From contig CDMY01000870.1 in NCBI GenBank assembly GCA_001179505.1, forward strand, positions 1-14,260: a DNA stretch of 14,260 bases. Direction: 5' to 3'. The first letter of the stretch is position 1. Each line of letters begins with the position of its first letter. Made by a program: the position numbers and the translations under genes. Below are positions 1 to 10,460 of this stretch, piece after piece. The stretch comes from Vitrella brassicaformis CCMP3155. Taxonomy: Eukaryota; Protista; Chromerida. The notes under the pieces were generated by a model. That model made no database searches, was not told where the DNA came from, and was given only the letters and a program-made list of their open reading frames with translations.

Positions 1-96
1 AGCTTTGCCCCCACAAGGCCTGATAGCTGAGTTCGTGGAATGACTCGGAGTATAGCGGTCTGTAACCATTTCCGACGTCTGGGGACACATTCGTCC

Positions 97-174
97 ATGT
101 CTTCAGCAATTCAGGGTAGAGTCTTTCTCTCCCTTTTTTGCCTTTGCCTCTCCCCATCTCTCCTGCCGACAGCA
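97..174 (+). other. Putative N-terminal signal peptide (MSSAIQGRVFLSLFCLCLSPSLLPTA)
   Basis: Basic residue, then hydrophobic core FLSLFCLCL, then small residues. It fits the extracellular location expected for peroxidase and DOMON domains. The same bases could instead be a 57-nt GT-AG intron (116-172). Confidence 0.5.
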
Positions 175-3100
175 TGCCAATCCAATCAGAAGAACGGCAT
201 CGATAGCAAAACGCCGCTTGCTTCACTCCCTGGTCACCCCTATTGTCGTAAGGCAGGGCTGCATTCTTATTTGCCCTCTGGCGAGATGCGGGATGACTTG
301 CCGCCTGCTAGTGAGGTGGCGAAACAGGTAAAGGATTACTGATGCGCTCATGGCGCGTATACGGATGTTCATGATATGTGTACGTGTAGCGTGCATGCTG
401 CTTCTTCTCTTTGTTTGTGCATACAGGCCTTCAGCTCTCTGCCAGCTCCGCTGGACACATCAGCTTCGACTCTTCTCTACGCATGGGGCCAGTTCATTAT
501 TTCACACATTTCCCAGTCAAGAAAGGCACACGACGAACAAATCGGTTTGGCCTTCCCTACCCGTCACTCTCCCTCATATGCCGCCAACTGCTCTTCTTTT
601 TCAGGTACCTCTTTCTTCCGCAGTGCCTATACGGTCATTGAGGGCATCAGACATCCGATAAATCGCAAGAGTGTGTTTATAGATGGGTCATCTCTCTATG
701 GAGAAAATGAGAAACAGAGAAGGACGGTGAGAGAGGGAAAGGGAGGTAGGGTAAGATTGGATAGCAGCGGCTTGCCTGAGGGAGAGGGGAAGGAGAAGGA
801 TGAATGTCGGCATTTTGCCTTTGCGGATCCTTTGTTGAATCTTCATCCGCTGCTAAGCGTCTTTGCTATTGGTGAGTACACACACGTAGTACACGTTGAT
901 ATGCATACCCGTACATACTGAAAAAAGAAATACAAGAGTGAGCTCTGTTTTGTCCTTCATTCGCTTTTGCGTAACGCACATGCGAATCAATGTATGCGTG
1001 CATATCTATTTGTGTCTTTACCTATATCCAGTTCTCCTTCGCGAGCACAATCGCTATGCAGCCGTACTGGCTTTGCGTCATCCTCAGTGGTCGGATGATG
1101 ACATCTTTTACGAAGCGAAAGCATGGATTGTGGCACTCATGCAGAAGATTACACTCGAACAGGTGGCGAGAAAAGTGTTTCGACCTACACTGTACCTGTC
1201 TCTACGCATGTTGCTGTTTCATAATTATGCATGCTCTGGGGCAAATGTGCATATGGATGTATACATGAATGTACACTATGTATCCTTATGTGTGTCGTTT
1301 CAGTATTTGCCGGTCCTCCTTGGACATCCGTTGCCTCCCTATCGAGGCCATGACCCAGCCATCGATCCTTCAATTGACGTCTTCGTAGCATCCACTGTAT
1401 TTAGGTATATACACGCATGTACGGCAAGACGGATGTACATATATATATGGTCGACAGCTCGTCTTGGTTTTCAGGTATGGCCCTTTCATTATTCCTCCTC
1501 TTATTCACCTTTACGACCCAATTACCCTCAAGCCACACCCACTCGGTATGCACCATTTTGCATCTTAGCTATACATATACATACGCTACATGCACATACA
1601 CACACATATGGTACCAGATATATACAAACATGTCCACATGTAGGCCCCATCCCCCTCTCCTCCACCATCTGCCACCCCTATACTCTGCGATCAATCAACG
1701 TCGAGCCCTTCATATTTGGAGCACTCCTACAGGCGGCAGCACTCATGCGAGGAAGAATGAATACAGGTGGCGTGATTGTCAAGGCAGATAAACACTCTAT
1801 CCGATGCATGCATGCGAACACGTAATGTGTATGCCTCTAATGATGCGTGGAATGTTTTTTGTACCTCCATGCAGATATCCGTCACACGCCTCCCCCTTCC
1901 TCCTGCAACGACACCTCTAACTGTGCATTCGACCTCGCAGCAGTCGATGTGCTGAGGGGAAGAGACTGGGGCGTAGGTAAGTCTGTTGTCGTAGATGGTC
2001 AGATTGTCCCTTCCCTACATACGTATCTCACTCATCGCGCAAAAGAATACGTAAATCCTTTGTGCTTTCGATGGATTTCCACCTCTGTGTCTATTTCATC
2101 GTCAGGCTTCTATAATGATGTGCGGCAGAGCTATGAATTATCGAGAGTGGAGAGTTTTAGGGAATTTGGTGAGATGGGTGACGTGTTGGAAGAGGTGTAT
2201 GGTGATGTTGACAGGATAGAGGCTTATGTGGGAGCGAATTTAGGTGAAAGGGGGGTGTGGGAGATATTGACAGATCTTGTTAATTAGTGAAAATATGCGT
2301 CTGTAGTAGCAAATATGTGCTTGAGTATTATCCATGCCTTTCCTTTTTTGGCTCCATGCAGAAATGCTGCGTCATTCTCCCTCTGTCGAAAGTCATGGCG
2401 TCCTTCCGCCTCTTGACAAAGCAGCTACACATGACACTTTTCAGAAAATAAGACATGCAGATCCAAGGTGAGAGGCATAGAGAAGGCCATGAATCTTGAT
2501 ACTTGTCCAACCATGTATTGTGCGTCAGATGGTTTGAGAATTATCTGTCTTATTTCGACAGCTTCCGTACGAACATCGCTTCCTCTCCCCCTCCTCCTCC
2601 CTCCTTTCCATTCAAAGATGTCGAACTCGCTAAGCAGCTCGTTTCAGTATCTCTTGCAGACGTCTTGATGTGGAATACGCGCCTCTGTCGTTATATCCCG
2701 AGTAACCCATTCCGCTTCTCCCCTGAAGAGGTCTTCTCCAACATTTATGTTTCATCCCCTCTTTCTCCCTTCTTCGCCCCGTCGCCCTTATATGCGCAAT
2801 GTGACGATACTTACCATAAAGTAAAGGGAGGGAAAGAAGAAAATGACGATCCTTCCGTACGTACAATGCAACTATGTGAGGGCGATCTGTTGATTCGGTG
2901 GAAAGTTACTGATATGACTGATGAGATTGACTTTGAACTGAGAGGGCGCACGACAGGTGAGTCGGCACACATATACATATACACATGGATTTCTTCTCCT
3001 TCATATGTACATGTGTCTATCCATCCACCAGGTTGGGTAGGTATCGGCTTCTCGTCAAACGGCCGTATGCACGACTCAACACTCCTCATCGCCCACAATC

Positions 3101-6100
3101 TCCACAACCAAACCAGTATACCAATCGTCCAAGCCTATCGAGCAGGAAGCGACCGTCTACCTCGCTTAGATGACGAGCGGTCGAAGGCAATACGTGTGAT
3201 GGAAGGGAGAGAGGAAGAAGGATGGACTACTGTGAGGTTTGCCGTAAGATTGGGCGATATAGGCATCGACATTAGCGGAGAGGAAAGAAAGACCACGTGG
3301 TTCTTGGGTGCTGTTGGGCCGGATGGGAAGAAGGGTCTGTGTGAGGGAGAGGTGAGTGAGACGGGATGGATGGAAGGAAAGACGTACAAAGGAATGTATA
3401 TATACGCAGAGAGGGGGATATTGGTGCTTACATTGCATGCACTGTATTTAGCTGTAAATCATCTTTCGAGCTCTCTCTCTCTATATATGTGTGGGTGCCT
3501 GCAGGATGCCTACCACCAAGGCAAACGGCAATCAGTCCAAGTGGACTTTATACGAGGAAGGGGCACTATCACTGCTAACGACTATCGACCTGTGATGTGG
3601 GTTCACGGGGCGATCATGTGGGTGGCGGCAACTTTCCTTCTGCCGTTAGCCGTGTGTATATCGAGATATTTCAAGCATACGAAGTGGTAGGAGGGATATT
3701 TACGGAGTGAGGGACCTTTACACATATATATCACAAAAAGATACGTACAGACAATGGACGACATATGTATACATTGATTGTTTTCTCTCATATATACATT
3801 CATGTGCATCTCTTTTCTCAGGTGGTTGTCAGCCCACGAACGTATCGGAATTACCCTAGCAGGCAACATGGTTGGCCTAGTATTTACCGCCATCGCCGAA
3901 AAGAACGCACGAATTGCTACCGTTCATGGGGTGGTCGGTCTTGGATTGGCTGCTATGGTGCTTTTCCTGCTGGTCTCGGGCTTCATTAACCGGAAGTGGC
4001 AGGCCTTGGTAGGTTGGTCGACGGACAACACGAGAGATGTATACGTGTATACGTACGTCCATGTGTATGCATACAGATGCACATGCATATATATATATAT
4101 GTCTATACATACGCATATATACAGATGTACGTGAACACAGGCGGATGGACATATACATAGAACCATCACTGTCCTCACAGGCCTCCAAAAGGATCGTCAG
4201 CCGTCAGACATTCAGACTCTTCCGTTGTCTTCACGCATTCATGGGCAAAGCTCTCTTATTCGGTGCTTTCGGGAGCTCCATCCGAGGTATGTGCTCTACT
4301 TTTTCTACATACACCTTAGTGCGTATTCGTTTGTCACCTCTGAGTTAATCCTTGTTTTTTGACATGTAGGCTGCATGCTTCTCTTTCCCACGACTCCGTG
4401 GGTCTGGCAGGCTCAACTGGCCCTATGTGTAGTAATTTGCGTCGTCATATGTCCGTTAGAAGTGAGACGGCGTTATCCGAGGATGTTTTGTAGTATCTGT
4501 CATGCGCTGCCGCGGGGAATGCAGGTATGTAAGAAGGGAGGTGGGAGCTTTCCTATATCTGACTATACACTATGCAGATACGTGCGCGCATGTGTATATC
4601 TATGTTGCAGATGGGCATTCTCACTCCCTTGGACCTCAGCTATGTGTCCTCTCTTTCCCACAACACTGACCCAGGCCCTAAATCTTCATACCTCAAGCAG
4701 TGTTTTAAGTGGCTCTGCTTCGGTATATATGCATATTATCGCATGAAAAGAACACCGATTTATCTTTGGTTCCGATTCATCTTTGGCTCATCTCTCCTCT
4801 CCTTTGTCACAACAGATAGGAAGGGCCCTCGTTCGATCCGTGCAGCAGAACGGCTGTTCACGTATGATGAAGTGTGTGATGCGGTAGAGAAAGGGGGTCA
4901 GTGGGTGGCTGTCATAGATGGTGTGTATGATGTGAAGGGATTCTTGGGAGCACATCCGGGTAAGATAATGAAGGGGGCAAGGATTTGATATTGCAACTAT
5001 TTGTAAATGGATGGATGAGCTGTGCTTGGTATGTGTGCGTTCGGTACGTGTGTGCTGTGACAGGTGGGAGTGCTTTAATCGAAAGGCATATTGGCTGTGA
5101 TATCACGTTTCTGTTTCTGGGGTATGCGTATGTACGTATGTATGTATGTACGAATCTATGTAAAGCAATACCTCATGAAATACCCGTATTGTATTGCGGC
5201 AGCCTGGAGGAGTCCAGGAGGAATTTTTTGCCACAGAGACGTACATCGACTATGACCGCTACATCATGGACCTTCCTAAGGAGACGGTCATTGCGTAAGC
5301 TAATATTTACATGCTTCTAATGTCCTCATCTTATTGCATACATGTTTATTGCATCTGTCTGCACACATACTTAGTTAGACCTCCCCAGCCTGACACAGTT
5401 GCACCTCCGAAGTCCAATATAGCACCGTCATCTTTACGGTCGTCTTCTCCATTACCCATCAGCAATCAACTTGGTACGCCATCGCACATAATGGAGGACA
5501 TCAAGATGCCCTTTCATAATGTCAAGTTGGTTTTTGCAGATACACTGGACCCGACAAGAACTGGGAGGACACACAGTGTGTTTGCTGCCTACACGCTGAA
5601 AGGATACAGGTATGTAGAGTCGTATGGATGTTATGTAGGCATATGCATATATACAACTGCAAGGACAGATATGTATGTATCTCTCTGTGACTGTCTGTGT
5701 ATAGAGTTGGCACCTTGATCACTTCCAGTAGCCCATACGATGAACGCAACGAGCTAGACCTCTCTTTTACACCGCCTCCCTCCTACTACGCACAACGCAC
5801 TTTCTGTCTCAATGTCAAACAGAGAGATGCTCTCACTGTCTTGACAAATAACAGACTCTCTTCAATCCGCTCGTCATCCGATCGACTTCCGAAGAAGGCC
5901 GATACGATATTGTTTCCAGAGACAAATGAGGATAAGGCAGAGGGCAAGGCAGACAAGAGAGTCATTGCGGGGTAAGCTGGTGAGAAAGAGGCATCTATTC
6001 ATGTATACATAAGTCTCACTATACATGAATACCTTCGTGGGTCACTGATATTATTCTCCTCTACTTTTCTTCTGTTTCCTTTGCCTTTTACAGGTTATAC

Positions 6101-7432
6101 CAGGAGATGCACGTGGTAGAGAACGTCATGCTGAGTCGATGTGCGAAGCGAGACAAGGGCCTTCTACCCGTCCACCGCCTGACGCTCGAAAGCTTAGTGC
6201 CTCTTGCCGTGCACTCATATCGACCAGGTGAGAAAACACATACAACATACAAACATGTCCTTCGTATGTATGTATATATGCTATTCCTTCACCTTTCAGG
6301 CATGCACGTGGAGGTTCTAGAAGATATCGATGGTCGTCGCTTAAAACGTTCCTATAGCGTTGCGTCCTCTCCCACCCCCCATCGCTTAAGCCTCCTCTTC
6401 AAAGTCTACCCTACCGCAGGACGGGGCATGTCCCAGACACTATCCAACGTGCGTCCAGGTGATACCATTCGTGTGAGAGGCTTCAAAGGACCGGATCTTC
6501 TTGAGGGCGCGCCCCTTCTGCCCTCTACCATCGAGAACAAGACCATGTGGCACGAGTTTTGGCCGTATTGTGGTGTGATAGTCGGAGGGACTGGTATTGT
6601 TGCTTTGCTGAACTTCATAAGGCATCAGGAGCATGCGCTGAAGGCTCTTAGAGACAACCCAGCGATTGATACATCTGGGACGGAAATGGGGTTGATTTTC
6701 GCGGCCAAGGATATGGATGAGGCAAAGGTAGGTATGACATAAGTGTACATATATGCACATATATTCCAATCAATATGTTACGTCGCTTACATTCGCTTAC
6801 GTGTACGTCTGCGTACTTGCATATATGATTGCGTTCAGGCGCTTGGCTGGGATGAGGTTTGTGAGCTGAAGAGGGGGCTGGCCATGAAGAAAAACGGCGT
6901 ATCGCATTACATGCATGGGCGACTGATGCTGTCTCGGGTCGGCTATGAACTATCCGGTGATTCCCCAGACGTCCCGGAAGGAGACAATGATGTTCGAGTG
7001 GGCATCATAGATTCTTTCACGCTCAAGGAGGGCATCCCCTTCCTCCATGCATTGGCTGAGATAGCGAAGCAAAGTAAGCCAGAGATCCACGGAAGTGTCG
7101 AAGTGACGGCGAGAGAAGCATCTTCGGATACCATGCATTTCTCGACTCCAGGAAATCGGTTGTCGACCGATGGGGAGCAAGATATACGGACGCTTCCGAA
7201 CATAGATACGTCCATGAATTTAGAGGACTCCATGCCATCGAGCAACATGCCTTTCAAGTCCAACCACTTGGACAAATCCATCCATACAACGAGTGAGAGA
7301 TGGCAGTCTGGGAAGCCGACGCTCAGAACGTCCCGTATTTTTATCTGTGGGCCGCAGTCGTTCAGAGATGGAATGTGGTTGGTTCTTGAGGAATTGGGCA
7401 TTCCGACGGAATGCCTACGATTCCTTGAGTGA
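97..7432 (+). CDS. Multi-exon membrane redox fusion protein (about 1629 aa): peroxidase-like / DOMON / cytochrome b561 / cytochrome b5 / FAD-NAD(P)H oxidoreductase
   Basis: Hand-spliced exons, all joins GT-AG and phase-compatible: 97-327, 427-871, 1032-1162, 1304-1404, 1475-1545, 1644-1766, 1875-1976, 2106-2243, 2362-2467, 2529-2956, 3032-3351, 3505-3686, 3822-4008, 4181-4286, 4370-4524, 4611-4722, 4816-4959, 5064-5121, 5203-5294, 5375-5609, 5705-5971, 6094-6227, 6300-6727, 6839-7432 (TGA). Total 4890 nt with no internal stop. Family motifs are rebuilt across junctions (e.g. VLLREHNR, ITLEQ|YLPVLLG, DPR|WFEN, HPG|G, KGYR|VGTL). The 5' end is uncertain: an alternative uses ATG 40 with an intron at 116-172 and gives the same length. 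Confidence 0.9.
193..2715 (+). other. Animal heme peroxidase (An_peroxidase / peroxidase-cyclooxygenase superfamily)-like domain, non-canonical active site
   Basis: Motifs WGQFI, INRKSVFIDGSSLYG, LLREHNRYA..L...HPQWSDDDIFYEAK, QKITLEQYLPVLLG, DLAAVDVLRGRDWG, YNDVR, LEEVYGDVDRIEAYVG, DPRWFEN, SLADVL..NT....SNPF. Confidence 0.9.
2866..3558 (+). other. DOMON domain, heme-binding type
   Basis: LLIRWKV..DEIDFELRGRTTGWVGIGFS.NGRM, TTVRF, WFLGAVG, YHQGKR. Candidate heme ligands Met (3067-3069) and His (3514-3516) are both present. Confidence 0.85.
3590..4470 (+). other. Cytochrome b561 (CYBDOM-type) transmembrane domain, five hydrophobic helices
   Basis: Four His ligands in the expected contexts: VHGAIM (3604), WLSAHERIG (3835), TVHGVVG (3925), RCLHAFMGK (4232). 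A fifth helix follows (AQLALCVVICVVICPLEV). Confidence 0.85.
4850..5720 (+). other. Cytochrome b5-like heme-binding domain with a large internal insertion
   Basis: FTYDEV...WVAVIDGVYDVKGFLGAHPGGSALIERHIGCDITFLFLG, then THSVFAAYTLKGYRVGTL. His ligands at 4953 and 5572. Confidence 0.85.
6094..7432 (+). other. FNR-family (cytochrome b5 reductase-like) FAD-binding and NAD(P)H-binding domains
   Basis: RSYSVAS (6347), FKVYP..G.GMS, VRGFKG, VIVGGTGI (6584), IFICGP (7337-7354), LEELGIP. Confidence 0.9.
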
Positions 7433-7859
7433 TTAATGCTATGTGTGTATGTGTATCCTCTGCTTACGGTTCCAACCGTGTCTTCAAGTACGGTTTTTTT
7501 ATGTGTGTCGAACAACGATAAGTCACGGCGCTCATAGACTTTGGGGCAGATTGGGTGACAGACGAGGCTCTTTGTCAGGCGAGCGTGCGCTTGTTAGTTC
7601 CTTTCTATTTCCAGCCACTATTTCTTAGACTTCCTTCCTTTGTCGGCTTTCTTTCGCGCTGCTGTCAACAGGACTCTTCACTCTTACGATCTGACAGTCC
7701 CTAATGGCTGTCTCCATATTGTGATATAGACATCGCGCCCTAACTCTAGATCTCGATTCCCGCAAGACGTCTATACCACTGAATGCTTGTGGGCGGTGGC
7801 TTTGATAGTATCTACACGCATCGATAGAGGATAGGCAGGAGGGGAAGCTGTTGAGCCGT

Positions 7860-8900
7860 TCAGTCGTTAAGTGATTGTCTGCCTGCCTTCCTGGCTAGGT
7901 ATACACCCATCCGGTTGCCCCTGAATGGCGTGGTGTATCGTGCAAGTCTGTTCGACCTGCTGCGTAGCTTACTGTCGCCTACCTGTTTGTCCTGGGTGTC
8001 GTTGAGCATTTGAACGGACACATGCGCACACTTGATATTGAGTCGATAGGTGTGATGCGCCGGGGTCCACACACGTGTTGGTCCACGGCACGAAGAAACG
8101 AACAGGCGGGAACAGTCGATCATAATGAAACGTGCAAACACTCGAGAGGCGAACCAGCAGAGCTCCATGACTAGCATACGTGAATGCAACGGACGGCCAT
8201 GTAGTATCATGTGGTGCACCGTGCCAAGCGAAGAAATGAAGGCGGCATACTTGAGTGCACATACTCATTTCGTGAAGCACTGTCGATGGCTCGTCCGAGA
8301 GGTTTGTCGGACAAATAATGTTCCCGGTTGCTCGAGAGCAGAGTGATGACCAAGCCAATAATTCACAAAGTGAATGAGAGTCTCTGCCTTTGGCAAAAGC
8401 TCTGTTATCCTCAACGCCTTTTCTGTTAGCGTTGCGCTGTCTCCGTTAACACAGTGGATTCGTCTTCGCATGGAGTTCCTCCTCTAACTGACTTTGCGAG
8501 CTTGAGTGCACAACTCGACGGGGTTGATGGACCTATGCATAGACAAGGGAACAGAGACGTATATATGCAAATGGACGAGGTATCATGACGGTGGGAACTG
8601 AGTTCATCTAATGATGTCCACTCATCTAGTCGCAGTCCTCTCCCTCTCATCACCATGCCGGCTACCCGAGCACCACCTTTCCCATTGCAAAACGCTCGTG
8701 CAGCTCTACCGAATGAGGGAAAACACGGCCAAACCACTCGATCACGTCACAGCAGTGGCAGTTGGTGCACATCTTGCCCTTTTTGAAGCAGGGACAGCCT
8801 CGCTTCTCTCCCTTCCTCTTGCATCTCGATCCAGTCGCTTTGTTCTTCTTCAGTAGTCTTATACAAGGGATTTCTGATACTCGCTTCGCTCGCATCAAAG
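7860..8900 (-). pseudogene. Degenerate ORF remnants including a CXC/CRC-like cysteine cluster; possibly transposon-derived
   Basis: RCKRKGEKRGCPCFKKGKMCTNCHCCD at 8823-8746. A possible acceptor near 8535 is followed by a mostly open frame (…TEKALRITELLPKAETLIHFVNYWLGHH…). There are several stops and no recognisable catalytic motif. Confidence 0.35.
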
Positions 8901-9004
8901 ATCCCTTATAGGGGAGGGTTTGAAGGGTCAAGGGTTTCAAACCCAGAAGAAAGCAAGAGAGAGAAGCGAGCATCAGAAAACCCATTGTTTAGACGGTGTG
9001 TCAT

Positions 9005-9195
9005 ACTGGCCAAGAGCCAAGCAAGCACGCACGTGTCAGTCAGTAAGCAAGCACGCATTGCGTCCCGTCCGCTCTTTCCCTTACGCAAGCCGACAAAACA
9101 CTAAACAAGCAAGCAAACACGCACTACACTGCTTGTCTGCCCTCCCTTATGCACGCAAACATCAGTCAATCAGTCAACAGGTAGGTAGGTAGCGG
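9005..9195. repeat. Low-complexity (GCAA/GCAC/CAGT/GGTA)n tract with a degenerate internal duplication
   Basis: AAGCAAGCACGCA…TCCCTTACGCAAGC recurs imperfectly as AAGCAAGCAAACACGCA…TCCCTTATGCACGCAAAC. Confidence 0.5.
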
Positions 9196-9262
9196 ACAAA
9201 CACATGCATCGATTGCTTGCCCTTCCTCCCTTTCTTCCGCATTAGTCCTCGTTCTTCTCCCT

Positions 9263-10460
9263 TCATCTACTGAATGCTGGTCCTCTCAATGAGACTGTCC
9301 AGACCTCTTCAGTGTCTGTGTCATGCATCACACGGTCCTCCAATGAAAAGTCTGTCAGTTCAGGTTCTTCTCCATTGCGAATTGCCCCAAAAATCTCTTC
9401 ACATTGTCGCCATGAGAGATGGCGAATATTGATGGGGGTCGAAAGGCGTTGACGAAATGTTGGGTTGAAAATGCAAAAAAGGAAGCAGGCTAGTCGTAAT
9501 TGGCATCGGTGCCCGTTCCTCTGAAAAGGTCCCATAGACAAAACCGAATGGGGACTGTAGAACAAATGCTATTTTCTTCCTTCTGCATCCACATATGTTG
9601 CTGGACTTGAATGAGCACCACATCGGTAGGGCAGGTTTGGTATTGCAGATGAAAGCAAGGGATTAACCTGCGATTTGCTTGCTTGTACTTAGAGGCTTCC
9701 CAGAGATCACGGTTGCCCTTTCGTGGTAGTCACGTTAAACAGATTCGGGAGAACCACTCTCCCCATGTAAGAAAGTGTGCAATAAAACAACACACGTTCA
9801 TTTCGTTTTTGTCTTTCTTTGCCACTAGTGAGTATCTTGGTGGCTCGAAAACTATACGGGCAAACAGCCGGTGTGTCACTGTGTCGATGTATGAGTGCCT
9901 CCCTGTGCTGCAGCTGCTCGAAATAAGCAAGAGCTTCGTGATCCGTTCGATCGTTCTTCTTGTCCCGAGCTCCTAGTGATGCCCATAGGTAACATCATCT
10001 AGGCTGGAAAGAACCAGTTCATCGCCCTCGACATGGTATCTCAGTCTACTACTTGTCAGTCGCCTCTTTTCATATTATGTTTAGCATTTTCCCACACGAA
10101 TTCAGGTGTAATTTGGCTTTTTGACCGAGCAAAGATTGTTTTGAGGTGGTCTTAAGCGTGCCACCTGCAACATTAATTGAACAGAGATGACAGATGAAAA
10201 GAAATGATAGCTAGAGCGACTCTTGCGCCTCACCAGAACCGTATAAGGACACGATTTCCGAAATCAATAGCAGCTCTGAAATATTCACGAGGAGAAAGAG
10301 CCCTCACCAGCCTCAAGAAGGTGGGAATTGTCTCATTGAAAACAATCTCGTCCTTGGCCTTGAATTCCTCTCATATAGCATAGAAGCTCACGTGGAGGGA
10401 GCGGTTAACTGACGGTCGCAGTGGCCATTCGGCCTCGTCTGAGTCTAGGTGGCTACCTAC
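9263..10460 (-). pseudogene. Degenerate intron-containing coding remnant, family not recognised
   Basis: One frame from about 9995 to 9263 (about 245 codons) has only 3 internal stops (…DHEALAYFEQLQHREALIHRH…RHLSWRQCEEIFGAIRNGEEPELTDFSLEDRVMHD…). Upstream are protein-like segments (EEFKAKDEIVFNETIPTFLRLVRALSPREYFRAAIDFGNRVLIRF; DHLKTIFARSKSQITPEFVWENAKHNMKRGD) separated by a GTGAG…TTGCAG intron-like stretch. Confidence 0.45.

Noticed and set aside
376-7432. Treating the separate ORF-track entries (181, 309, 146, 395, 118, 138, 211, 229 aa etc.) as independent genes
   Set aside because: Each is an exon plus read-through intron (runs like HIYIYT, VYTYVHVY). They splice into one frame.
6943-7515. 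190-aa antisense ORF over the last exon
   Set aside because: An antisense shadow of a low-complexity coding exon with no recognisable motif.
7616-7620. CACTA pentamer as a possible transposon terminus
   Set aside because: No matching inverted terminus or subterminal repeats were found in the window.
9330-9430. Ty3/Gypsy pol linker similarity (LSWRQCEEIFGAIRNGEEPEL)
   Set aside because: No protease (DSG), RT (YxDD), RNase H or integrase motifs and no LTRs nearby.
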